Source: Thermoanaerobaculia bacterium (GTDB taxonomy: Bacteria; Acidobacteriota; Thermoanaerobaculia; Multivoradales; JAGPDF01). From it: a stretch of 64,000 nt of DNA. The notes below the pieces were generated by a model. That model saw only the letters and a list, made by a program, of their open reading frames with translations, had not been told where the DNA came from and did no database searches. Location: NCBI GenBank assembly GCA_039932315.1, contig JBDTQG010000002.1, positions 13,612-77,611 on the forward strand. Reading direction: 5' to 3'. This document shows positions 1-9,478 of this stretch, piece after piece. The translations under genes were made by a program, and so were the position numbers. Positions within the stretch are counted from its first letter, which is position 1. The number at the start of each line of letters is the position of its first letter.

Positions 1-336
1 CCGCGGCTCGTCGGTATGGGCCACGCGATGCGCCTCATCCTTTCCGGCGATCTGATCCCGGCGACCGAGGCGAAAGAGATCGGGCTCGTCGATCTCGTGT
101 TTCCCGCCGATGAGCTGCGCGCGAAGACCCTCGAGCTCGCGCAGAAGATCGCGAGCAAGAGCCCGCTGACGCTCAAGGTGGCCAAAGAGGCGATGCGGGC
201 GTCCGAGAAACTCCCGATCGAAGATGGCATCGCCTACGAACGCGACCTCTTCTGCCTCTGCTTCTCGACCGAGGACAAGGAAGAAGGCGTCGCCGCATTC
301 CTCGCCAAGCGTCCTGCGGCCTGGACCGGGCGGTAG
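1..336 (+). CDS. enoyl-CoA hydratase/isomerase, C-terminal part (5' truncated by window edge)
   Basis: Frame open from base 1; crotonase C-terminal pattern PRLVG..AMRLILSGDLIPATEAKEIGLVD...EDKEEGVAAFLAKR. Confidence 0.9.
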   Translation, partial: PRLVGMGHAMRLILSGDLIPATEAKEIGLVDLVFPADELRAKTLELAQKIASKSPLTLKVAKEAMRASEKLPIEDGIAYERDLFCLCFSTEDKEEGVAAFLAKRPAAWTGR

Positions 337-586
337 CGAGAAGGTAGAAGCAGTAGAAGAAAAAGCAAAAGCTCGGTAAGGAAAAAAAGGACTTGGCTGC
401 TGCGCCAAGAAAATACCGGGATGAATTCTTCTCACCCTGAGTCACGGTAGCGACGGGTGGCCGGACCGAGGGCGGTTCCTGCCTGATTGAAAACGGGCGC
501 GGAGCGCTTTCTCAGCGAGCAGGCGCATCGGCATCCGGCGTCGTCCGGCATTGCGGAGCCAAGCCGCCCAGCTAGAATCGTTTCCA

Positions 587-2203
587 GTGCTCCCGATCCC
601 CGAGATGCCTGAGGTCTTCAACCTCGCCGAGTGGCTGCTCGACGCCCGCGTTGCGGAAGGCAACGGCGATCGAATCGCGCTGCGCCTCCCGGACCGTTCG
701 CTCACCTACGCCGAAGTCCAGGCGCTCGCGAACCGCTTCGCCGGCGTGCTTCAGGGACTCGGCCTGCGGCGGGAAGAGCGGGTCTTCATCGCCCTGCCCG
801 ACGGCGCCGAGTTCGTCGGCGCTCTCTTCGGCACACTGAAGGCCGGTGCTGTGGTCGTCATGCTGAACCCGGACCTCGCGCCCGACGCGGTCGCCTCGCT
901 GTACGAATACCTCTCTCCCCGACTGGCGATCATCGATAGCCGTCTGGCACCGCTTTTCGGACAGGCGCTCGCGACCGCGCAGGAGAACACCACGTTGCTC
1001 GCGGTCGGCGACCCGGTACCGGGCTGCGCGGGTTTCGCGGAGCTCGCGCGATCGGTGAGCGGAGAGTTCAACCGTGTGCGGACGCATCGGGACGACCCGG
1101 CCGTGCTGCTTTTCTCCGGCGGAACGACCGGCCGCCCCAAAGCGGTCGTGCAGAGTCATCGCTCCTACGCCTTCACGACTCAAGCCTACGGCCAGCGAAT
1201 TCTCGGGCTCGCCGCTGACGACATCACGCTCGCGGTACCGAAGCTCTATTTCGGGTACGCGATGGGATCGAACCTGTTCTTCCCCTTCTCGGTCGGAGCG
1301 AGCGCCTGCCTCTTCCCGGAAAAGGCGACCGCCGACTCGATCTTCGCCGCGATCCGGCGTCACCGGCCCACCGTGCTCGTCAACGTCCCGACCTTGATTC
1401 AGCAGATGGTCGCCCACCCTCAGGCGGGCGAACAGGATCTCTCGTCGCTGCGCGTCGCGACCTCGGCTGGCGAGGCGCTCGCCGCGACCCTTCGCGAGCG
1501 CTGGAACGCCGCGTTCGGTGTCGAGCTGCTGGACGGGCTCGGCACCGCCGAGCAATGGCACGTCTTTCTGTCGCACCTGCCCGGACGCGTTCGCGCCGGC
1601 ACTCTCGGCGAGGTCGTCCCCGGTTTCGAGGTGCAGGTGCGGGACGACGACGGACACGAGCTGCCTCACGGCGAGATCGGCCAGCTCTGGGTGCGCGGCG
1701 GGGCTCGCGCCTGGGGCTACTTCCGCGAGCTCGAGAAGACGCAGGCGACGTTCCGAGGCGAGTGGGTCGTCACCGGCGATCTCGTTTCGCGCGACACCGA
1801 TGGATTCTTCACCTACCAGGGTCGCGACGACGATGTCTTCAAAGTGGCGGGCCGCTGGTTCTCGCCCGCGGAAGTCGAAGGCACGCTCCTCCGCCACCCG
1901 CAGGTGGGCGAATGCGCCGTCGTCGGGATCGTCGACGGAAACGGCCTCGTGAAGCCGCAAGCCTGGGTCATCCCGAAGACGGTGGCCGGACAGACGCCGC
2001 CGGCAGCCAAGGCAGCTCCTGCTGCGGAGGAAGGGCTCGCGCGCGAGCTCTCCGACTTCGTCGCGCGCGAGCTTGCGCCCTACAAAGCACCGCGAATCGT
2101 GCACATCGTCGCCGACCTTCCCCGCACGCACCTCGGCAAGATCGATCGCGGCGCGCTGAAGCGACCTCCGGCGGGCGCGGCGGACGCGGCGGACAAGTCA
2201 TGA
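587..2203 (+). CDS. benzoate/2-aminobenzoate-CoA ligase family AMP-binding enzyme
   Basis: AMP-binding motif FSGGTTGRPK, KLYFGYAMG, SAGE, DGLGTAE, TGD, GRxDD and A10 motif LPRTHLGKIDR; start uncertain (GTG 587 or ATG 605). Confidence 0.88.
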   Translation: MLPIPEMPEVFNLAEWLLDARVAEGNGDRIALRLPDRSLTYAEVQALANRFAGVLQGLGLRREERVFIALPDGAEFVGALFGTLKAGAVVVMLNPDLAPDAVASLYEYLSPRLAIIDSRLAPLFGQALATAQENTTLLAVGDPVPGCAGFAELARSVSGEFNRVRTHRDDPAVLLFSGGTTGRPKAVVQSHRSYAFTTQAYGQRILGLAADDITLAVPKLYFGYAMGSNLFFPFSVGASACLFPEKATADSIFAAIRRHRPTVLVNVPTLIQQMVAHPQAGEQDLSSLRVATSAGEALAATLRERWNAAFGVELLDGLGTAEQWHVFLSHLPGRVRAGTLGEVVPGFEVQVRDDDGHELPHGEIGQLWVRGGARAWGYFRELEKTQATFRGEWVVTGDLVSRDTDGFFTYQGRDDDVFKVAGRWFSPAEVEGTLLRHPQVGECAVVGIVDGNGLVKPQAWVIPKTVAGQTPPAAKAAPAAEEGLARELSDFVARELAPYKAPRIVHIVADLPRTHLGKIDRGALKRPPAGAADAADKS

Positions 2204-3930
2204 ACCGCCGATCGAGAATGCCACAAGGACGAAAACGAACCGCGCGCGCCGATCTCTCCACTCTCGAGAAGCTCCGCGCAGAGTTCGGCCCCGGAATCGC
2301 AGGGCAGAAGCGCGCCCTGCTCCAGGTCCTCGGTCGAACCCGATTCGATTCGGCTTCCCTCGTCGGGCGCTACCACGAGGCGCTGGTCTTCCTGCGTGCC
2401 TATCCCGACGATCGCGGGCTCCTCCGCGAAGTCGAAACGCAGCTCGAACGATTCGAGCTCCGCCCCGACTTCCGGAAATTTCGCAGCGCCCTCGCCGACA
2501 GCGGCATCGCCGGGACGTCGACGACGTTCTCGTTCTTCGCCGAGACCGCCTGGCGGCTGGCGGAGCGCTATCCCGGGAAACTGGAGATCGTTCCCGAGGA
2601 AAACGCGAGCGCCTCGTCCAGGGATCCGGTCGAGCGCTGGCTGCCGTTCGTGGCGCATTCCGCCGAAGTTCCGGGAATCGACGAGATCGCCTGGTCTTCG
2701 GCCGAGTGGCTCGATCGGATGCGCGGACCGGAGCAGACCGGAGCGGCGCTCCTTCTCCGTCGGCTGCGCACGGCACTGCCGACGTCGTTCCTGTTCGAGC
2801 GCGTCGTCGACGATCTCGACCTCACCTTTCGTCTCGCGGCCGGAGTGGAGACGCCCTCACGCACGCGCGAGCGCCTCGCCGGAGCGCCGGTCGTCTGTCA
2901 CCCGCGACCGCTGCGGCGCGGCCGGCCGGATCTCCGAGCTGAAATCGCGCGCGAGCCTCTCGCCGTGGAAAGACTCACGGGCCGGCGCGCGGCGCAGGTT
3001 CTCGAGCTCGCGCGGAACGCCATGGTGACGCGGAGCCGCGATCTCGACGCCTTCGCCTACGGCAGCGTCGAAGACGTGCGCCTCGTGACCTGGGAGGAGG
3101 GCCTGCAGTTCGCCGTCTTCGGCGTTCTCCCCGAACGACGTCTGCTGCTCGAGGCGGTCTACGGTTTTCTGACGCTCAAGAACGGTGTGCCGATCGGCTA
3201 TCTCCTCAACAGCGCCCTCTTCGGCTCGGCCGAGATCGCCTTCAACGTGTTCGAGAATTTCCGCGGGATCGAAGCGGCGCACGTCTACGCGCGGGGCCTC
3301 GCGACCGTGCGCCAGGTTTTTCGCGCCGACGCTTTCACGATCTTTCCCTACCAGCTCGGCGACGACAACGACGAGGCGCTCGACTCGGGTGCGTGGTGGT
3401 TCTATCGCAAGCTCGGCTTCGTCCCCAGAGAACCGCACGTCGTGGCGCTGATGCGGCGCGAGATGGCCGAGATGAAGCGCGATCCGTCCCACCGCTCGAG
3501 TCGCGAGATTCTCGTCCGCCTGTCCCGCGAGAATCTCTTCTTCCATCTCGGGCGTGAGCGCCGCGACGTGATCGGCGAAGTGCCTTTGCCGTCCGTCGGC
3601 CTCGCGGTGACCGCTCTGCTTTCGCGACGCTTCGGCGCCACGCCGGACCGGGGCGCCGCCGCCTGCGACGAAGAGGCGCGCGACCGCCTCGGAGCTCGCC
3701 GGCTCGCCGGCTGGAGCGCGGACGAGCTTCTCATGTTCGGGCGCTGGGCTCCGGTCGTCCTGCTTCTGCCCGGCGTCGAGACGTGGAGCCTGGCCGAGCG
3801 CGCCGCACTTCTGGCCGTGATCCGCGCCAAAGGGGGTCGCGAAGAGGCGGAGTTCGTGCACCGCTTCGACGCCCATCCACGGCTGCCCCGGGCTCTCGCT
3901 CGGCTCGCGCGCCGGTCCGACCGCGTCTGA
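2200..3930 (+). CDS. hypothetical 576-aa protein with a putative GNAT-like domain
   Basis: ATG 2200 overlaps the ligase stop (ATGA); contains GFLTLKNGVPIGY, FENFRG and AWWFYRKLGF, which resemble acetyltransferase motifs. Confidence 0.75.
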   Translation: MNRRSRMPQGRKRTARADLSTLEKLRAEFGPGIAGQKRALLQVLGRTRFDSASLVGRYHEALVFLRAYPDDRGLLREVETQLERFELRPDFRKFRSALADSGIAGTSTTFSFFAETAWRLAERYPGKLEIVPEENASASSRDPVERWLPFVAHSAEVPGIDEIAWSSAEWLDRMRGPEQTGAALLLRRLRTALPTSFLFERVVDDLDLTFRLAAGVETPSRTRERLAGAPVVCHPRPLRRGRPDLRAEIAREPLAVERLTGRRAAQVLELARNAMVTRSRDLDAFAYGSVEDVRLVTWEEGLQFAVFGVLPERRLLLEAVYGFLTLKNGVPIGYLLNSALFGSAEIAFNVFENFRGIEAAHVYARGLATVRQVFRADAFTIFPYQLGDDNDEALDSGAWWFYRKLGFVPREPHVVALMRREMAEMKRDPSHRSSREILVRLSRENLFFHLGRERRDVIGEVPLPSVGLAVTALLSRRFGATPDRGAAACDEEARDRLGARRLAGWSADELLMFGRWAPVVLLLPGVETWSLAERAALLAVIRAKGGREEAEFVHRFDAHPRLPRALARLARRSDRV

Positions 3931-3943
3931 GCCCCGCTCCGAC

Positions 3944-4813
3944 CTATTCGATCGCCCGCGGAGCCGCCTGCACGCGCACGACACCGAGGATTCCCGCCAG
4001 TGTCAGCGTGCAGCCGATCGCCTGCTGCCAACCGAACGGATCGTCGAGCAGGAGCGCGCCGAGCCCGAAGGAGATCAGCACGGTCAGTTGTGCCATCGCA
4101 CCGGCCTGGACGTTCGTCACCCAGCGGTAGGCGTACGTCATCAGCATCTGCGCGGCAATCGATGTTCCCCCGACGACGAGGAGCAGCAGCGCCTCGCGAC
4201 CGGTCGGCGTTCGCCAGTCGTGAAGGCCGAACGGCGCGGTGGTGATCAGGCCGAAGAGCGTGAAGCTGCCGTAGATCGCCCACGAGCTTTCGGTGCGACG
4301 TGCGGCGCGGATCGCCGCGACGGACGCGCCCGAAAGCACCGCCGAGAAGAGGCCCGCAGCCTCCCATCGCCCGAAATGCGCGAGCAGCCCCCCGGGAGCG
4401 AGACCGCCGGTCACCAGACCGACGCCGAGAAAGGCGACCGCGGCCGGAAGAAGCACCCAGGGGCGCACGCTTTCGCCGAGGAAGAGAGTCGCAAAGAGCA
4501 CGCTGAAGATCGGCGACGAGTAGTTGAGGAGAGTCGCCGTACCGATCGGGACATGCGAGAGTGCGAGAAAGTAGAGCAGGACGGCGAATCCTCCGAACAG
4601 CCCGCGATAGATCAGCAGGTCGAGGCGCTCGAAGGTGAGGGCTTTCCGTCCCAGGCCGGGCACAATAAGCAGCGGCACCATCATGAGCGCGAAGCGCAGG
4701 AAGGCGACTTCCGCTCCCGGCAGGGAATGCATCGCGAGCTTCGCGGACAGGGCGAGGAGGGCGAAACTGACCGCCGAAAGAGCGGTGTACACAAGCGGGC
4801 GCCGCGGCGGCAT
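3944..4813 (-). CDS. DMT/EamA family transporter
   Basis: About ten hydrophobic segments in two EamA-like repeats (FLRF, ATLLNYSSPIF, LFLGE); start probably MPPRR at 4813, ORF extends to 4858. Confidence 0.88.
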   Translation of the reverse strand: MPPRRPLVYTALSAVSFALLALSAKLAMHSLPGAEVAFLRFALMMVPLLIVPGLGRKALTFERLDLLIYRGLFGGFAVLLYFLALSHVPIGTATLLNYSSPIFSVLFATLFLGESVRPWVLLPAAVAFLGVGLVTGGLAPGGLLAHFGRWEAAGLFSAVLSGASVAAIRAARRTESSWAIYGSFTLFGLITTAPFGLHDWRTPTGREALLLLVVGGTSIAAQMLMTYAYRWVTNVQAGAMAQLTVLISFGLGALLLDDPFGWQQAIGCTLTLAGILGVVRVQAAPRAIE

Positions 4814-4884
4814 CGGATCTCCTGCGAGATCCTCTCCCGAACCGCGGCGCTCGGACAAACCCAGCCCGACTGAAAAGCCTCCAG

Positions 4885-4919
4885 GCGGGGTCCGGCGATG
4901 AATCTACGCCGGACCCTGC
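4885..4919 (-). terminator. GC-rich hairpin immediately downstream of the DUF4331 gene
   Basis: GGGTCCGGCG (4888-4897) and CGCCGGACCC (4907-4916) form a perfect inverted repeat; the U-tract is weak and displaced. Confidence 0.5.
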
Positions 4920-4923
4920 TGAA

Positions 4924-6393
4924 CTACGCTCCCGGAAGCGGCGTCGTCAGGTACGGGAAGGTGATGTCGAACTGCTTGGCGTCCTGCAGCGTTCCGTCGG
5001 TGTACAGCAGCGTGCCGGACGGAGCGTCGGCCGGATTGCAGTACACGCCCGGGAAGGCATGGCAGAGGACGCCCATCGCGACGCGCAGCTCGATGTCGAC
5101 GACATCGTCGCCCGGGCGACGGCCGTTCGGGAACCCGGCGAGGTCGCCACCGAGAACGCCGAGATTGCTCTGCGTCGCTTCCGGCGTCGGAGCGATATCG
5201 GTGTTCAGCCGCAACATCTCACCGAAGCCGAATTCGTTCAGACCGGTCACGCCGGTGACGAACGCAGCCAGCAGGTCCGTGCGCGGGAAGTTGTTCGGAG
5301 CCTGAACTCCGAAGAGGATCTGCAGCAGCTCCGGCAGAGTCGGGTTGGTGACGTAGGTGGCGAACTGCAGATCGTCCTTGGGCTGGCTGGCGTTGAACTT
5401 GTTCTTGTCCTTGACGCCGATGACGACTTCGTTGACCAGCGGCATACCGAGACGCGAGACCTGCACGAAGTCCGGCGAACCGGTGCTCGGCTGATCGTAG
5501 GTCGGGTTCGACGACAGCGTGCGTTCGCGCGGCAGACGGGCCGTCGTCCAGGCGCCGATCGTAGGGCCGTGGCCGCCGGTGACGCAGGCGATCGGCAGCT
5601 CGAGGATCATGGAGGTGATGTTCTTGTCCGCGAGCTCGGAAGGAATGGCGTCCGGAGCGCCGAGGGGGTTCAGATTGACGAGGTCGAAGACCGGTCCGAG
5701 ATTGACCGCGAACGACTCCTTGCGCTGCCCGACGAACACGCGGCCCGAACCGTCGCAGCCCGGAACCGAGATGTCCGCCTGGTAGAGCGCCGCGTAACCC
5801 GCGTAGTCGGGATAGGTCTTGACGCCGGCGTTGTCATTCGGCTTGCCGAAGAAGAAACCTTCATCCGAACCGTTGCTCGCGAATGCGACCGAACGGGGAC
5901 TCGAAATCGGACCGCGCACGACGTCGACGGTGTAGAGAGTCGCCTGATTCAGCGCCGCGAGGCCACCGGGCTGGACCAGCGTCTGGCCGGCGGCGAGGAG
6001 GGGAATCGCAACCGTCGCCTCGGAACCTGCCGTACCGACCGGGAGACTGATGTTGAGGTTGTAGTTGGTGAACTGGAACACGAACGAGAGATCTTCGACG
6101 CCGTCCCCGGTGTTGTCGATCCGAATGTCGTAGCGCGCCATCGGATCGAGCGGGAAGTAGTTCGGACCGCCGTAGGGGTCCTGCAGCGGCGAGTAGTTGG
6201 CCACGAAGGTGACATAGCCGTCGCGACCGGCCTCGTAGCTGCGGAACATGTAGAAATCCGTCCCGTCGACCTGGGGCGACCCGAGAATGCCGGGCGCTTC
6301 GCGGTGGCTCGATGCGGTGGCGGGAGAGATCGCAATCAGCGGCAGAACCAGCAGCAGCATGAAGAGTTTCAAAGCTTTGGACGTTTTGATCAA
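4924..6393 (-). CDS. DUF4331 domain-containing secreted protein
   Basis: AGGAGG 7 nt before TTG 6393; signal peptide followed by SSHREAP, DGTDFYMFRS, QVSRLGMPLVNEV and GFPNGRRPGDDVVDI. Confidence 0.88.
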   Translation of the reverse strand: MIKTSKALKLFMLLLVLPLIAISPATASSHREAPGILGSPQVDGTDFYMFRSYEAGRDGYVTFVANYSPLQDPYGGPNYFPLDPMARYDIRIDNTGDGVEDLSFVFQFTNYNLNISLPVGTAGSEATVAIPLLAAGQTLVQPGGLAALNQATLYTVDVVRGPISSPRSVAFASNGSDEGFFFGKPNDNAGVKTYPDYAGYAALYQADISVPGCDGSGRVFVGQRKESFAVNLGPVFDLVNLNPLGAPDAIPSELADKNITSMILELPIACVTGGHGPTIGAWTTARLPRERTLSSNPTYDQPSTGSPDFVQVSRLGMPLVNEVVIGVKDKNKFNASQPKDDLQFATYVTNPTLPELLQILFGVQAPNNFPRTDLLAAFVTGVTGLNEFGFGEMLRLNTDIAPTPEATQSNLGVLGGDLAGFPNGRRPGDDVVDIELRVAMGVLCHAFPGVYCNPADAPSGTLLYTDGTLQDAKQFDITFPYLTTPLPGA

Positions 6394-6491
6394 GGTCGTT
6401 CCTCCTGAGAGTGTCGAACCCGGATGGCTCGAAGAACTGCGGACTCTGTAGTTCAATACGAAGTCCAGAGCACGTCAGATGCCATCTCTCG

Positions 6492-6953
6492 TCAGGAGTC
6501 GGAACTTTTGTCGGAATCGGCCCCGGGCATGGCGCCACGCGGCTCGACGGAAGGGCGCAGCTTCTCGACCAACCAGGCCGGAAGTGCCGCTTTCTGGAAA
6601 GATTCCACGGACACGCAGACCGTGACGATCCGGCACTCCGCCGACGGCCGGTCGGACCCTTCGCGCAGGAAGCGGTACCGCCAGTGGACCGAGCTGCCGC
6701 CGACACGCTCGATCGCCACCTCGATTTCCACTTTCTCCCCATAGCGCAGTGGCCGGTGATAGTCGGTTTCGAGGTGGATGACCGGGAGCCCCAGCCGGTG
6801 CTCCGTGAGAAACGTCGGATAGTCGACGCCGACAATGGCGTCGAAGAACTCCTCCATCGCGACGTGGCAGAAATGCATGAAGCGCGGGTAATAGACGATT
6901 CCGGCGAGATCGATGTCGCCGAAGCGGACGTGCAGCGGAGTGCGGAAGGCCAT
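6492..6953 (-). CDS. 4-hydroxybenzoyl-CoA thioesterase family (hotdog fold)
   Basis: VRFGDIDLAGIVYYPRF motif; lies directly downstream of the abmA-like gene. Confidence 0.9.
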   Translation of the reverse strand: MAFRTPLHVRFGDIDLAGIVYYPRFMHFCHVAMEEFFDAIVGVDYPTFLTEHRLGLPVIHLETDYHRPLRYGEKVEIEVAIERVGGSSVHWRYRFLREGSDRPSAECRIVTVCVSVESFQKAALPAWLVEKLRPSVEPRGAMPGADSDKSSDS

Positions 6954-6993
6954 GATTCGATTTTAGCCCGGGCTCCGGTCCACGCTCCGCGCC

Positions 6994-9231
6994 CTAAATC
7001 GCCGGTTTCGGTTTGCCGAGGAGGTACTGGCCAGGCCAGGCGACGTCGACGCCGTAGCGCGTCGCCGCGTGGAGCGTCAGGTACGGATCCGCGAGGTGAG
7101 GCCGGGCGAGAAGGGCGAGATCGGCGCGTCCCGCGGCGAGCACCGTATTGGCGTGATCGACGTCGAGGATGGCTCCGACCGCCATCACCGGAATTCCCGC
7201 TTCGTAGCGGATCTTCTCCGCGAACGGCACCTGATACATCCGTCCGTAGTCCGGCCGCGAATCGGGCGAGTTTCCGGCGGAAGAGACGTCGATGAGGTCG
7301 CAGCCAGCGGCCTTGAGCTCCCGAGACACCGAGACCGCTTCGTCCACTGTGAAGCCGGCCTCTCCCATCCAGTCGGTCGCCGAAATGCGCACCGAGATCG
7401 GCAGATGTGCCGGCCAGACGGCGCGCACGGCGCGAAACACCTCGAGTGGAAAGCGCATCCGGTTCTCGAGCGCGCCGCCATAGTCGTCGCGTCGGGAGTT
7501 CGAAAGCGGCGATAGAAAACTCGACAAAAGGTAGCCGTGCGCCATGTGGATCTCGACCCAGTCGAAGCCTGCATCCGCCGCCCATGCGGTCGATCGTACG
7601 AACTGGTCGCGGACGCAATCCATGTCCAGGCGCGTCATCGCACGCGGCGCGGGCCAGTGGGGACGAAACGGATCCGCCGAGGGCCCCAACGTTTCCCATC
7701 CACCTTCCCCGGCCGCGAGTGGGACATCGTCGCCGCGCCACGGATGATGCACTGAACCTTTCCGTCCGGCATGAGCGAGCTGGACGCCGATCTTCGCCGC
7801 GCTGTTCGCGTGGGTGAAGTGGACGATGCGGCGCCACGGCGCAACATGATCCTGACGGTAGAGGCCAGCGCACCCGGGGGTGATCCGGCCTTCCGCGGCG
7901 ACATCCGTCATCTCGGCAATGACGAGACCGGCGCCGCCGACCGCGCGGCTCCCGAGATGCACGAGATGCCAGTCATTCACCGTGCCGTCCTCGGCCGAGT
8001 ACTGGCACATCGGCGAAACGACGATGCGGTTCGCGAGCTCCACGCTGCGCGCGCGAAAAGACGTGAACGCCGGCGGCACCACCGGCTCTGCGGCCTCGCT
8101 GGCTGCGAACTGACGATCGACTCTGCGGATCAGCTCCGGATCCCGCGCTCGAAGATTGTCGTAGGTGATCCGCTTCGAGCGCGTCATCAGATTGAAGACG
8201 AAGGCCAGCGGTTCCTGCGTCCGGTAGCGGGCCGAGTTCTCGAACCACTCGAGACTCACCTGCGCCGCCCGCTGCAGCTTGACGACGTCAATACGGCGCG
8301 AGCGCTCGTACTCCTCGAGAACCGCGGTGACGTCCGACGTCCCGAGCCGGCGAAATGCGGCGACGAGAGCGATCGAATCCTCCATCGCGAGCTTGGTTCC
8401 GGAACCGATCGAAAAATGCGCGGTGTGCGCCGCGTCCCCGAGGAGGACGACGCTTCCGTCGTGCCAGCGATCGCATCGCACGGTGGGAAACTGCCGCCAG
8501 AGCGAGCGATTTGCGAGCAGCCGATGCCCGCCGAGGTCCGGGGCGAAGAGACGCTCGCAAAATGCAACTGTGTCTTCCTCACTCGCCCGATCGAGGCCGG
8601 CACTGCGCCAGGCCGTTTCGGAGCACTCGACGATCCAGGTGCTGCGGTCGGCAGCGTAGGGATAGGCGTGCACCTGGAAGAGGCCGTGTTCGGTCTCGGC
8701 GAAGATGAACGTGAAGGCGGGCAACGCGAAATCGGTTCCCAGCCAGGAGAACCGGTTCGGTCGCCAGTCGACGCTCGCTCCGAAAGCGGTCGCGAAGCGC
8801 TGTCGGATCGAGCTGTTCACGCCGTCGCAACCGATGACGAGGTCCGCCGCGGGAAGAGCATCCCCGGGAGCGAGCTCGCGCTCGAATCGGATCGCGCATC
8901 CGAGTTCCTCGGCCCGGCGCTGGAGGATCGCGAGCAGCTCCGCTCGCGCGAGAGCCGAGAATCCGTGCCCCGTCGAGACGATCGTTTCGCCGCGGAAGCG
9001 GGTTTCGATCTCCTTCCAGGTGCGGAAGCGCGCGCGGATTGCCGCCGCGGATTCAGGGTCAGCGTCGTCGAAGAACGACAACGTCTCGTCCGAAAAGACG
9101 ACGCCGAATCCGAACGTGTCCTCCGGCCGGTTGCGCTCGAGGATTTCGATCTCGACCTCCGGGAAGGCGCGCTTCATGAGGATTCCGAAGTAGAGCCCCG
9201 CCGGTCCACCGCCGATCGCTGCGATGCGCAT
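6994..9231 (-). CDS. bifunctional salicylyl-CoA 5-hydroxylase / 2-aminobenzoyl-CoA monooxygenase-reductase (AbmA-like)
   Basis: N-terminal FAD monooxygenase (IGGGPAG, TFGFGVVFSD, GDAAHTAHFSIGSGTKLAMED) fused to an OYE domain (SPMCQYSA, QLAHAGRK, HMAHGYLL). Confidence 0.93.
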   Translation of the reverse strand: MRIAAIGGGPAGLYFGILMKRAFPEVEIEILERNRPEDTFGFGVVFSDETLSFFDDADPESAAAIRARFRTWKEIETRFRGETIVSTGHGFSALARAELLAILQRRAEELGCAIRFERELAPGDALPAADLVIGCDGVNSSIRQRFATAFGASVDWRPNRFSWLGTDFALPAFTFIFAETEHGLFQVHAYPYAADRSTWIVECSETAWRSAGLDRASEEDTVAFCERLFAPDLGGHRLLANRSLWRQFPTVRCDRWHDGSVVLLGDAAHTAHFSIGSGTKLAMEDSIALVAAFRRLGTSDVTAVLEEYERSRRIDVVKLQRAAQVSLEWFENSARYRTQEPLAFVFNLMTRSKRITYDNLRARDPELIRRVDRQFAASEAAEPVVPPAFTSFRARSVELANRIVVSPMCQYSAEDGTVNDWHLVHLGSRAVGGAGLVIAEMTDVAAEGRITPGCAGLYRQDHVAPWRRIVHFTHANSAAKIGVQLAHAGRKGSVHHPWRGDDVPLAAGEGGWETLGPSADPFRPHWPAPRAMTRLDMDCVRDQFVRSTAWAADAGFDWVEIHMAHGYLLSSFLSPLSNSRRDDYGGALENRMRFPLEVFRAVRAVWPAHLPISVRISATDWMGEAGFTVDEAVSVSRELKAAGCDLIDVSSAGNSPDSRPDYGRMYQVPFAEKIRYEAGIPVMAVGAILDVDHANTVLAAGRADLALLARPHLADPYLTLHAATRYGVDVAWPGQYLLGKPKPAI

Positions 9232-9296
9232 GGGGAGATTCTATGTGGGGCGACGCCGCACCGAATCGAGCGCGTCTCCAAACCGCGGTGGCCTTC

Positions 9297-9324
9297 GTAG
9301 GGGCGACGCATGCGTCGCCCCTAC
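9297..9324. repeat. perfect 28-bp palindrome, GTAG-type REP-like element
   Basis: GTAGGGGCGACGCA|TGCGTCGCCCCTAC; degenerate half copies nearby at about 9245-9256 and 9377-9390. Confidence 0.75.
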
Positions 9325-9478
9325 AAGAGCGTGGCGTTGCCACAACATCACCGTGGCGTTGCCCCGACGCAGGCGTTGCGTTGCCCCTGCAAAAGCGGAT
9401 GGCAGGGCGGACCGGCAAAGGCGCTGCAGGGCGCGGCATTGTGTGTCTTGCAGCCCATTGGTCTAGGCTGCGCGAACC

